Under the pieces are notes generated by a model, which saw only the letters and a program-made list of their open reading frames with translations, had not been told where the DNA came from and made no database searches. A stretch of DNA of 64,000 nucleotides from Moniliella sp. 'wahieum' (taxonomy: Eukaryota), in assembly GCA_003971905.1 (NCBI GenBank), contig RSEE01000031.1:62001-126000 (forward strand), written 5' to 3'. The position numbers and the translations under genes are program-made. Below are positions 49,830-61,091 of the stretch, piece after piece; position 1 is the stretch's first letter; each line of letters begins with the position of its first letter.

Positions 49830-52440
49830 ATGTCCTCCCCCTCCCGCCACCCATCCGCCTCCCCTCCTCCGCCTCCGCCCCTGCCCCGCCCTCAGCCACA
49901 CCCCGCGCCGCCCCACCGCGCCCTCGGCGCGAACCGCCGTCTGTCCCCCAACACCTCCCTTGCCTCCCTGGCCAGTGTCACCAGCGCCTCCCACCTGCCT
50001 CCTCTGGCTGGCATTGGCCTCACCCCATGGGCGCGCCGGTCCGATTCCAGTCGTGTGCTCAGCACGCCGGGCATCATGACCATGGGCGGCCTCATCCCCT
50101 CCCCTTCCTTTACGCCCGACATGCAAATTTCCGCCTCGGCACCCACCATGGCCTTTGGGCCGTCGCCGCTACGTTCGCCCAGTGTGCGTGCGCACTCGCG
50201 TGGCCCGCACTCGTCTCCTACTTCCTCCACCCTCCTCTCCACCCTCATCCTGACACCGAGCACTCTTCGCACTCGGCTTCGCAGTCCCACTCGCACTCAC
50301 AGTCGCAGTCGGCTTCGCAGTCGCACCCGCGTGCCCCACCCTCGCGCTCCTCGTGCTCGTCGCGCTCGTCGCAGGGCGCCACGGGGGCGCTTCCTTCGCC
50401 GCGCGAGATGGCGAGCAAGATGCCCGACTCTCCGCGTGCGGACCACCAGCGCCTACCTGGGCTCGGACAACTACTGCACTGCACCCGCACCCGAGCACAC
50501 GGTCGTACCCTACCCTATCGCCGTACGCGCCGCGCGCGCCGCTCACGTTCCCCCTCCGACGCAAGAGTAATCCCGACGACAGCGTGGGTACCGATGCCGA
50601 CGCTGACGCCGATGGTGATCCCGATGCTGATGCTGATGCGGAAGGCGAGATGGACACTTCGGTGAGCCAAGAGCGGGTGTCCAAGCGCGTGCACGCCCAC
50701 GCCCCCGTTCACGAGAATGGGACCGGGACCGAGAATGGGACCGGACCGAGAATGGGACCGAGACCGAGAATGGGACTGAGAATGGGTGGAAGGGAGTGAT
50801 CGGTCGACGGATACGCAGATGGAAGCTGATGCCGACCTGGTCGGGCTGGGGGTGGTACTGGATGCGCATGAAAAGCGCACTTTGGCTTGGCACGTGGGGT
50901 ACCGCGCGCCTCGTCGCCGTTACGTGCGCGACGGACGTTACCCTCGGCGCCTAAGCTGGGCAGCTCGGACCAAGGCCGGTTCGCTAACGTCCTCGATCTC
51001 TACCCGGACGAGGAACGCATGTTCCCGCCGGCGCGTACGCTCAGCTGCACAGCCCAAGCCCAAGCCCAAACCCAAACTCAAGCTCAAACTCAAGCCGCAA
51101 CAGCGGCCCCGACACCAACGCCCACAGCCACACCTGCTGCGGCAGGGGTACCTACCGCGCTTCCTGCACCTTGCTACCCCAGCAACTTGTGGCCCGCTCC
51201 GTCGCCAAGCGCGGGAGTGAGAGCACGAGCACGAGCACGGGGGGGTACCCGCGTATGGCCGGCCTGTCAGGGCTAGGTCTGACATTTGACGACGCGCCCG
51301 ACCTGACGGGGTACGCGTGGCGCGGCGAGGGGGGCAACGGTACTGAGTGGGCCCGCTCCTGGCCCGCTGCACACGACTTGCCCTCGCACTTGTTCCCGTC
51401 GGACGTGGTGGGTAGCGAGGGTGGTGCTGGGTCTGGATCTGGACCTGGGCCTGGGTCTGGGTCTGGGTCTGGGTCTGGGCCTGGCTCGGCATCGGCGTCG
51501 GGTGGTATGGCCACGATGCACCTGATGGACCGGATGCACCTCCATCCGTCGCCCATGACAATGGGCACGTTACCGCTTCCGTCTCCTTCGACGACGATGG
51601 TGGTGATCGACTCGCCGGCTGTGGGATGGTCGTCGCTTCCGGACCCCAGTGGTGGCCCGACACAAGCACAGGCACAGGTATGGGCATGGGGCCAGGCGCG
51701 GCTGGGTCGCTGGTGGGCAGCCCGGCTCGATCGGTGCAGCGTTGGCAGCTGTCAAGCATATGGTGCTTACGCCTACGCCTACTTCGAGCCTGGTACCTCT
51801 ACCTAGTCCGAACCTACCTCTACCCCCACCGGGACCGACGAGCATGAGCATGAACTCGAGCACGAGTCCGCTCACGTCCAAGCCGACGGGATCTTTACGT
51901 GCGCAGTGCCAAGCGCGTTCAGCCGCGTTGGTACGTAGTACGGCGTGTGCGTTCGAAGCGCACGCGCTGGCTGTGCGGACCAACCGTGCAGGTGCAAGTG
52001 CGGGGGGAAACACGGTGCCAAGTCGACGTCCAATCCCGCCACTACGACGGAAAACGGCGCGTTTCGTCCCACTCAACTTCGTTCGAGGGCGGCAGCACGG
52101 ACGAAGTCCAGTCCCCCTGGGGCGTGTTTAACCTCAACCCGAAAAAGCCGGGTGGAAACCCCTTTTCCCACCAGGCATTCGGCCTCCGACGTTGGCTATG
52201 TGCCTGGTTTGGTGGATACCGATGCCGCGGGCGCGAGGGCTAGTTCGTTCACTCACTCCTGCTCCTGCTCCCGATTCGGCGCTACCTTCTGCTTCGCCTG
52301 CCAACGTATCCGTCTCGACCGCCCGAAAAAGACAAAGAAGGTCGTTTCGAGTACTAAGTCCCAGGCCAAACCTACCTTGTCCCTCAAGCCGACGAATCGG
52401 GTGTGACATGTGCCAGGTCCATGGCAAGAAAGTCAACTGA
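49830..52440 (+). CDS. long low-complexity S/P/H-rich hypothetical protein
   Basis: ATG in ccgccATG context after a TATAAT and a (CCT)n leader; overlapping frameshifted ORFs with SHSQ, DA, ENGT, QA/QT and GS repeats; no domain recognised; end uncertain. Confidence 0.45.
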
Positions 52441-52738
52441 AGCTTGAAGCTTGAAGCTTGAAGCTTGAAGCTTGAAGCTTGAAGGCAGGTTGAACAACGT
52501 TGGATGTTGGACGTTGGACGTTGGACGTTGGACGTTGGACGTTGGACGTTGGACGTTGGACGTTGGACGTTGGACGTTGGACGTTGGACGTTGGACGTTG
52601 GACGTTGGACGTTGGACGTTGGACGTTGGACGTTGGACGTTGGACGTTGGACGTTGGACGTTGGACGTTGGACGTTGGACGTTGGACGTTGACGTTGGAC
52701 GTTGGACGTTGGACGTTGGACGTTGGACGTTGGACGTT
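52438..52738. repeat. compound 7-bp minisatellite: (TGAAGCT)x6 then (TTGGACG)x~33
   Basis: Read directly; one 6-nt unit near 52689. Confidence 0.98.
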
Positions 52739-55627
52739 GCGTTGAGGATGTTAGGTTCTGGTATGGTGAGGCCTCGGCCTGAGGAGGGCTGTTGAGTTGA
52801 ACGTTGACGCGGTTGACGTCAACCGTGTCACGGTCACCCTTTGTGCAGTGCCTGTTGTTGTGTGTCGTTTGTCGTTCGTTTCCGGGCTGGGTCTGAAGTC
52901 TCCAGTCCTGGCATTGGCATGGTTGTCGTCGGGTAGGATCCAAGTATATACGTTGTGGGGTTGTGGCGTTCTAGCGTTCTAGCGTTATGAGGTTCGGGGG
53001 TTCTGACCCCTGTGGCCGTTGTAGGAGACGGGCGCAGCCGACCAACCACAACCAACCAAACAGACAGACAGACAACCAAATAAGGATCCACATGCGTCGT
53101 TCTGAGATCTGGTCGGAGCAGGAAGGGGGAGGGACGGAGGGGGGTATAGTTTTACTATTCCCGTATTGAGGCGTAGATGCTGCGTAAGGAAAAAGCATAG
53201 CTGCGTAGATGCGCAGATGCAGATCGAGGTGCCACGGTAGAGTGGTAGAGTAGAGTGTGAATATTGGATCGACCATCGGGCCCAAGCGGAGATGGTACAC
53301 GTTGAAGGATAGCGTGTATGGATGAGATGAGATGGAATGGGATGAGGGGGTCTGGAGCAACAACTTGAAGGCATGATGCTTGCCTAGTGACTGGATCGTG
53401 TCTGGCAGAGAGACTGTACCTGCATGGGCACCGCTGCGGTCGTCAGTCAAGGAGGGGAATGGTTAACGAGGAGGGAGGGGTATAGCAGCGAATTCCAAGC
53501 GGTTTTGTGTTGGTGCACGTTACATTTGGTCTCATGATCGACTCATCGTGCTCATCCTCATCCTCGTTCCCGTTCTCGTGGCTCAGCGCTCATCCTCGTT
53601 CCGTTCCCGCGCCCGTCCCGTTTTCCCCCGCTCCCATTCTCATATCCCACCGGCCACGGGGCAAGGCAAAGGATGACGTATACCGCCAAGCCGCAGGGAG
53701 GGCGTGGGGGGCCTGTACGGGCTATATGGCAAGTCACTCGCAGTGAGTTTTCGCTGTGGTCACTTGGGCTGGAAGTCCTACTCAGTAGTCATGTTAGGTC
53801 GTCGCGATGAGCCTCACCCGCACGCTCAACACATGCCACACCTCATCATCTGATAGACCTCAGCCTCATCGATCATCAGATGAGGTTCATCCGCGCGACA
53901 GACACGAACTACTGTGAACATGGGAGGCCCGGGGGGAGCGGTGGTAGATCGGTTGTGGGGCCATGCCGAGTAGCGGATTCGGTTACACGGGGTACATATG
54001 TGCACCCTCTAGCTGCGTGCGGAAGCGGGGACCGATCATCGATCATCGATCATCGAGTATACCAACTCGATAAGATCTGGATAATTCGCTACTTATCATG
54101 CCAGATGCTTGGCACTCCCGCCCAGGCGGGCGGGGGCGGGGTTTGATCTGGTTTTCAATTGGTGGAGCGAACCGAGGATGGGGGTCGGGGCCCCGACGAA
54201 GACGCGGCCCGCTGTAGCAGTCGGATAAATGTATGGGTACGTGAAGTGGGGAGCGAGGAGCGAGGAGCGCAGTGGAGGGGGGTTCCAGAGAAGTATCTGC
54301 CCATCGTTGTGCCCGTTCGGAGTATGCCGGTGGGGAGACGGGCGGGATGGAGAAGGGAGATGGGAGCGGGGGCTGCGGAAAAAGTGGGTGCGAGTCAAGT
54401 ACGTACTGTTGGGTATTACTGAGTATAGAGAACTTGCCGAGGGAGAGCGACGCCAATGATCGAGATGATCGATGAGGCCGATGAGGACGAGGCCGATCGA
54501 TAAGGCCTATGGCCTTATTAACACCCTACTCCTAGGCCATCACACAGGTCACATGTCATCATCCATCGCGCTGGTACCATATATCTTGGCATGGCGTGGC
54601 GTAACGCGTAACGCCACGGCCTGTCAATGTCACAGGCGAGCCCCTTCTAAATCAACCGCCAGTAGCCGCCCAAGGAGTCATAGTCAAGCGGGTTCTAGGT
54701 ACCATGGGGGTGACCGGTGGCCGTTACCGGTTACCGTTGCCGTTGCTGTTGCCGTTGCCGTTGCCGGGGACGCGGGGACCGGATGGAAAACTCGAGAGGG
54801 GAGTATTGAGTGGTGCGAACGTCGAACATTGAATTGGGGGCCAATTACCTACCGTTACACGATACCTATCAACCACTGGGGCGCGATGGGGCGCGACGGG
54901 GCACGACGGGGCACGACGCAGAGTGACGTCAGTGGCGTCGCGCTTGCGTTGGCCGGATGGACGTTGGGCATAAGGGGTCGGGAGGGGCCGGGGAGACCCG
55001 GAGGCGGCGCGGCGCGGCGATAGAGACGGCGACCGAGACGGAGACGGAGACGTGCTGCGTAGTGCTGCGTAGTGGGTGCGCTGGGCCGCGCCAGGGCAAG
55101 GGCGGCCGAGTGCGAGCAGCTGCGGAGCGGTAGGCGACAGGGGCCAGGTGCACCCACGCCGCAGGCGTCACGCGTCAGGGTGCCTGCCAAGTTGGGTCTC
55201 CGCAGGCCCTGTGCCTGGCAGCCTCAGGCGGCACGCCAGGGCAGGCAGGTGGCCGAGGCGCCGCGGGCACGTGTGCTGTGTGGACGCGTCGCAGTGGGCC
55301 CAGATGCGGAGAAGCGCCCTGGAGCGGGGGGGGAGAGGAGGCTATTCGGCCTTAGGCCTTAGGCCTTGGGCCTTTGGCTGGGCCAGGCCATACGCTGGTC
55401 CACTGCCTGGCACACCTCCGACGCCCTCCGACGCCCTCCCCCCCCCCAACGCCCCTCTGCCCCCCCCTCGGCACGGCGTTTGGGTGCCCGGCAACAACAT
55501 ATAAGACGTCCCCTGGCGTGCACAGACCACACCCAAGTCCTCCCTCTCCCACATCCCTCGTGCGCGCCATTTCCACTTTCCCCATTCCCCTTCCACCCAC
55601 CACCCCCACCCAACCACCCATCCGAAC

Positions 55628-56727
55628 ATGTCCAAGGCCACACCCGAGTTTGACCACGACGCCCCTGTGGCGTCGTTTGAGGAGCACGAGGTGGGCAGTG
55701 AGCCCAGCATGCGCAAACCCGCCAAGCCGAGTATGACCAAGAGTGCCGTTCCGGCCACCCAGGGGGGCGTGATTACGATGCAGCCGGTGCGGGCGGCCGA
55801 GCTGCAACCCAGCTACGCAGCCAAGTTTGATGTGCAAAACGAGCAGATGGGTGCGTATGGCACGTTGGTCAATTGCTGTGGCCAGTGCTGCGCCGTGTTC
55901 CCCGGCGCGATCTGTGGGGTGGGCTACCGCTCGGTCCCGCAGGGTGCGGTGGGCATGGTGACGCGCTTTGGTCGTGTGGTCCGCTCGCTCGATCCGGGTC
56001 TGGCTCAGATCAACCCATGCTCAGAACATGTGGACATTGTGAATGTGCAAATGCGTTTGACGCCGTTGCCTGAGCAACAAGTGTTGACCAAGGACAATGT
56101 GCGCGTGACGATTGAGAGTGTGGTGTACTGGCAAATCAGCAACCCGTATCGCGCCACATATGGAATTACCAATGTGGAAAAAGCGTTGGTTGAGCGGGCG
56201 CACGACGTTGCGCCAAGTCGTTGGCGCACGCACACTCCAAACCGTCATTACCGAACGCGAATCGATCGCAGCGGAGATTGAAGAGATTCTAGAACCCATC
56301 TCGGAAGTGTGGGGCGTTCACACGGAAAGCGTGTTGCTCAAAGATATCATTCTCAGTCGCGAAACCCAGGACTTGCTCTCGTCCGCTGCCACCCAACGCC
56401 GTAGGAGAGAGTAAAGTGATTGCGGCGCGGGCCGAGGTGCAGGCAGCACGACTGATGCGCGAGGCGTCCGACGTGTTGGCCAGCCCGGCGGCATTGCAGT
56501 TGCGGCAACTCGAGGCTCTGCAGAACATGGCCAAGTCGGCCGGGTCCAAGGTGATCTTTGTCCCCATGTCGCTCACCCCAACGGGGGGCGCTGCGATCCA
56601 GGATGAGACGCAGGCTCAAATTGATGCCTCGGCCGGTCCTTCGCGCTTGGTCGCGGCTACCCGACAGGACGGTGCTAATTACTCGATGGGCGATGTGGCG
56701 GCGCTGCAAAAACTGACCGAGGAATAA
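55628..56727 (+). CDS. stomatin / SPFH (band 7) family protein
   Basis: YRSVPQGAVGMVTRFGRVVRSLDPGL...QQVLTKDNVRVTIESVVYWQI; TTLRQVVGARTLQTVITERESIA; IAARAEVQAARLMREASDVLASPAALQLRQLEALQNMAK. Confidence 0.95.
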
Positions 56728-57303
56728 CGTGTTTCGTGTTTCGGTTTCGGCCTTGTGTTTTGATGTTTCGTTTTTTGGGTTCTGCCAACGCACTCGCGCA
56801 TGCATAATGCGCCTATACCGCGTATGAGCAACCAAGTATCTCCCTCCCCACCCTGATGGGCCTTTTCTTCGATAACCATGCTGTGGAAACCCTGATCCCA
56901 GTTGCGATGCAAATAACGACCAGAACAATACATGATTGATGGACGTGACTGTGCGCTCCTAGAAACGGTTATAGAGAATGGCTGTGAGCATGGTCTGTGG
57001 TACCCAGTGGTAGGCCACAAACGATTCACCTTACTCACCGGCTCTTGAAACAACACTCTCTATGTAGGCCAATGCAGGACGAAGAGGGACCGAGTCACAC
57101 GCAGACGTGCAAATCAGGAACAGTAAACGAGGTAGGAGTCAGGATGGATAGCTTTGATGGAGTAGGGAATATATTTGAATGGGAATGGAGAGTGCAGAGT
57201 AGAGAGTGCAGAGGGGGAGGGGGGAGTGGTAGAGGGGTACAGTAAAGTGTGTCGGTGAGATTGGAGATGAGACGACTCGGAGATGAATAATCGATCATCT
57301 CAA

Positions 57304-57744
57304 TTACATCTTGCCGCGCATCGCAACGTAAAAGATCTTGGCTTCATCGGGCGAGTTGAACCAGAGTGGTGCCCCATTCTCAATCACCAGCACGTCACCT
57401 GGCTTGGCGGTAAACTCTTCTCCCGTCTCGAGGTTCTTCACCTCCAGCGTGCCCGACAGAACAATCTCTGCACGACCACAACACGAGAGGAACGAGGTGG
57501 TTAGTACCCGCTTCTTCGCATATGAGGTTGAAGAGAGGAGAGGAGAGGAGAGGACTAGGGAAGGGGACGCACTCTGTTCCTTGTAGGTATAGGTATAGGT
57601 CAGCCCTTTAGGGTCTTTCTTCTGGATGTAAAACCCCGAGGTCAAGTCGTTAAGGTTGGACGAGGCAATGTCGCCCAGAAAGGCGCCGGTGCCAAAGTCG
57701 CCGTACTTGGGCTCGGGTTGCGGGTTGACCTTGAGGAGAGACAT
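57304..57744 (-). CDS. EutQ-like cupin protein, one intron
   Basis: AFLGDIASS...LTSGFY...LTYTYTYKEQ, intron 57468-57572, KIVLSGTLEV...FTAKPGDVLVIENGAPLWF. Confidence 0.85.
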   Translation of the reverse strand: MSLLKVNPQPEPKYGDFGTGAFLGDIASSNLNDLTSGFYIQKKDPKGLTYTYTYKEQSASPSLVLSSPLLSSTSYAKKRVLTTSFLSCCGRAEIVLSGTLEVKNLETGEEFTAKPGDVLVIENGAPLWFNSPDEAKIFYVAMRGKM

Positions 57745-57855
57745 AACGAAAAGGGGACAGGAAAACGGGAAAATAAAAGGAAGCTTGAAACCTGTGGTGG
57801 TAGGTGGTGGGTGGGATGAGGAGACCAAAAAGGTGCTGCCGGTTCGGAGGTGGGG

Positions 57856-57863
57856 TATTTATA
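57856..57863 (-). promoter_or_regulatory. TATA box upstream of the cupin gene
   Basis: TATAAATA on the minus strand about 110 nt upstream of the ATG. Confidence 0.55.
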
Positions 57864-59065
57864 CGCATGCGCTCTGCTACCGAGACGATTGAAGCTTGAA
57901 GCTTCAATGTCGTGCCCAATCTCTATCTTCGATGGCTATAGGTGCAATCGGTACGCATGGCGGCCATGTGGGCGTTAGAGCGGGTGTGCGTAGGCGGAGA
58001 GCTCGGGCTGAGCAACGCCACAATAGCTCTAGAGCCAACAGTGGGTCTCTCTGTCCCCGAGTGAGCTCTGCCTCGGGCTGACTGGGGTGGGACGGACACG
58101 GATCCGTTGCGCTCGCCGCCTCGAGACTAAGCGAGCTCGGCATAGATGATCGATGTAATGAGATCAATGGGATTACGAGACGTTGGATGGGAGCGATTGG
58201 ATGGAGATGGATGGGATGGCTCAGCACAGAGGAGATAGCGGCGGAGGAGACTGGTCGCAGGAGTTAGAAACCAACGGCTACCCCTCCTGCAATGATTGAA
58301 GTTGCCCCTTGCCTTTCTGTGCCTGTGGCCCCGCTACTATGCAGTCCCTTCCACCACATCTAAAGATCTAATCTCTCTCCCATGAAAATCGCAGAGCAAT
58401 TAAGCGCGCATACACTGGCGCTGTGCTTCAGGCCAGGTGACGCGGACCGCTGGTCATCCGTCACCCGTCAAGCTTTAAGCTCCAAGCTTTAAACGTAAAC
58501 AAGTACAGGGTGCACTTGGAGGCATACCGCGCGCTTAAGCCGCAGCAACCATTAATTTTAATCAACGTCCAACATCAACAAACGGATGGATGAGAGATTC
58601 GACTAGGATTACCGATTTCTGATTAGATTCGTATTGCAAACAATCATTAATCATGATTGAAGGCAGAGCGTCGTGTTTTTCCTGATGCTGTTGCTCTTTT
58701 GCGTCGCAAGTATGCACAAGTGTACACCCGACAGCAGGGTGGAAATGGCCCTAACGTGATGCGTAATCGACGTAATCCGTGCTCTGAAATCCCTTGTTTG
58801 TACCCGCTGGGCCAGCCGCGCATACTATCTGCAGGTGGTCCGCAGCGCAGGGCAAAGAAAAAGAAGAACTCAAAGAGAAACGAGCAGTCGGAGTCTGCAC
58901 ACCATCATCAGTGATACTTAGCCGTTTGACAAGTCTCGGTGTCATGTACTGTTGTACGTCCATCAACCACGGTGTGAATCCTCTGCACCCACCTCCCAGC
59001 CCAACCCAACACAAACACATACAGCTTACATCTATCGATCCCAACGACCTCCGTGCTGTGCAGTA

Positions 59066-60300
59066 TTACCTTTTCCTAGTACTCCGTCTTGGCCGTCTGT
59101 GGAAGGACTTGAGGAGGTGCGAGTTCCGCAGCCTACCGACAGGCGTGGAGGCTGTATACCCCTCCGCCATCCCGTCATCATGTCGCGCCCCGTTCCACAG
59201 AGCAGCTACTAGATACGTTATTGCCCCTCCTCCGATAGCGACCACGGCGGATGTCTTCTTCTTGGCGCGCGCGCCCCAGATGTGCATGGCACCGTTCGTT
59301 GCAATCCTCTGGGCCAAGCCTTGCTTGCTCAGCGCCTTGGCGCTCAGTTCAAAGGACTTCCAGCTGATCCTCAAATCCATATGTGCACGTGAGACGCCCC
59401 CGAGATGAAGTACTCTCTCGTTTCGTTCCTCCCTTGGCTGGGCCCTTCTCGTAGTTGCGCATCCTTGCAGTACTTTCTGGCCGTCTTACTCTATCATGCA
59501 CTTCTTGGTGCAGACGTGCTGAATACTGGGCCCATACCTTGACACAGTCCCCGAGCTGGGAACGGCCCAGATCCTTGTCGGTGAGAGATTATATTATACC
59601 CCACCGATCTTGGTCCTTGGCTGTTCAAACTGCGGCAGGGACAGCGTCCGGGCACATCAAAAAGCTCTTCCTCCACAGATCGTCCGCCTCGAATTGATGG
59701 TTCAGCTCGATGATCCCGGCCCTTGTTTTCGGGAGAGCAATTCCCTTCAGGATGAGCGAGTGTGGATGGGCGGTCTCTCATCAATCTTCTCGAACTTGAT
59801 CATGTCGGCGACACAAGCAGCAGAGTTGTTATACGATGGAGTCCATAGCGCCCGCCGCGGCGCGTTCCCAGTTGCATATGCAGCATTGTGGCCCTGGATC
59901 GCGTGATCCACCTGTCTCTCGAGCTTCGCTTGGATCTGGTCGTTGCTTCTCTTCACACCCACTGTAAGCACTGGCAGAAGTTCCTCGGAAGCGCCGGCGC
60001 CAGACGTGCGTCTCCTTTTTCTCTCTCTGCTCCTCTGCGGTGCATCCTTTCTCCTCACCACCGCCCCTCTCATTGTGCCCGTAGCAACCAGTATCCTATC
60101 TCTGCAGCCAGCACATCGCAGTACTCTGCGCCACGGCGCAACATAACCATCTTCTTCCCCTGTTCACCAACTTGTTGCCTGCACCGCCTGCTGCCCGCCT
60201 TCCTCGTCCTGCCCCCATCTCTCGGTCCTCCTCGCCTGGTCCGCATTGCTGCCGTAGTCTCCATTCCCTCTCCCCACGTCCATCAGGTCTCAGGTGTCAT
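59066..60300 (-). other. fragmented hypothetical coding region (orphan gene or degenerate element)
   Basis: Consecutive protein-like minus-strand segments (ELLPVLTVGVKRSNDQIQAKLERQVD..., LTDKDLGRSQLGDCVKVWAQY..., ISWKSFELSAKALSKQ...) separated by frameshifts; no family recognised. Confidence 0.3.
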
Positions 60301-61091
60301 GCACCATACTGTACTGTCCAGTGGCCCACGTTCTCAACGATGACTTGAGCCACCTTCTCTGTAGCGCGCATGCGCGCTGGGGTGCGCGTACGGGCCAAAC
60401 TCCGAAGCGACGGAGTAATGTTACAGGTGTGGAGCGTACGACGATTACGGAAGTAGTTCAAGTGAACCAGACTGAAGAACTATAACTAGCCTCCTGTTGC
60501 AACGTGCCTCCTCCGTCTCCCCTCTACCGTCTGGTCGACTATGTAGTAGTACGCACGAAAGAAGTTGCCTGCAGAACGCGCACGGTCAACCGGGCAAAAA
60601 TAACAAAAACGGAGGTTATCGGAACCGCCCTGAAGGCAGCAGAGATGGGTGCCAGGCAGCGTGATGGATGGCCTGTGTTGGTCCTCGGGAACGGGGCGTT
60701 GGTGGAGGTACGATGCAGAGGTGGGATGCGCGTGGATAAGAAGCTCTCATGGAGATTGACAAGGTCGTCAGTGACATTGACTCGGAGGGCAATGCAATCC
60801 TACCGTACCTTGATAAACTCGTCCTCGAGAGCATGCAAACAATTGACCTCTAACCCTGCTACCGTCCCCGAACATCGAACACCGAACACCTAAAACTACC
60901 AAGCACCTACCCACGGAACCCTTACGTTGTCCAGTTTGCCACTCCCTCTTTTCCTTAGGATTTCCCCCTTCTTCCTCGTGTTTGCTTTTTTCTCTGGGGG
61001 CGGGTGCCTAGTTCGCTTGGTACAGAGTAGAATGATCATTTTCTTCCTATTGCACCTGCACCTGCACCTGCAACGCATCCGCATCTGCATT

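Noticed and set aside
52500..52738. TTGGACG array as a CRISPR array, telomere or WTLDVGR-repeat protein
   Set aside because: There are no spacers or cas genes, the position is internal, and the unit is not a telomere repeat I recognise. The ORFs appear in all frames simply because the 7-mer lacks stop codons.
52400..52860. Zn2Cys6 cluster split by the array (CDMCQVHGKK + CHGHPLCSAC)
   Set aside because: The halves are out of frame, have no canonical splice sites, and the second half overlaps a DNA palindrome. Probably coincidence.
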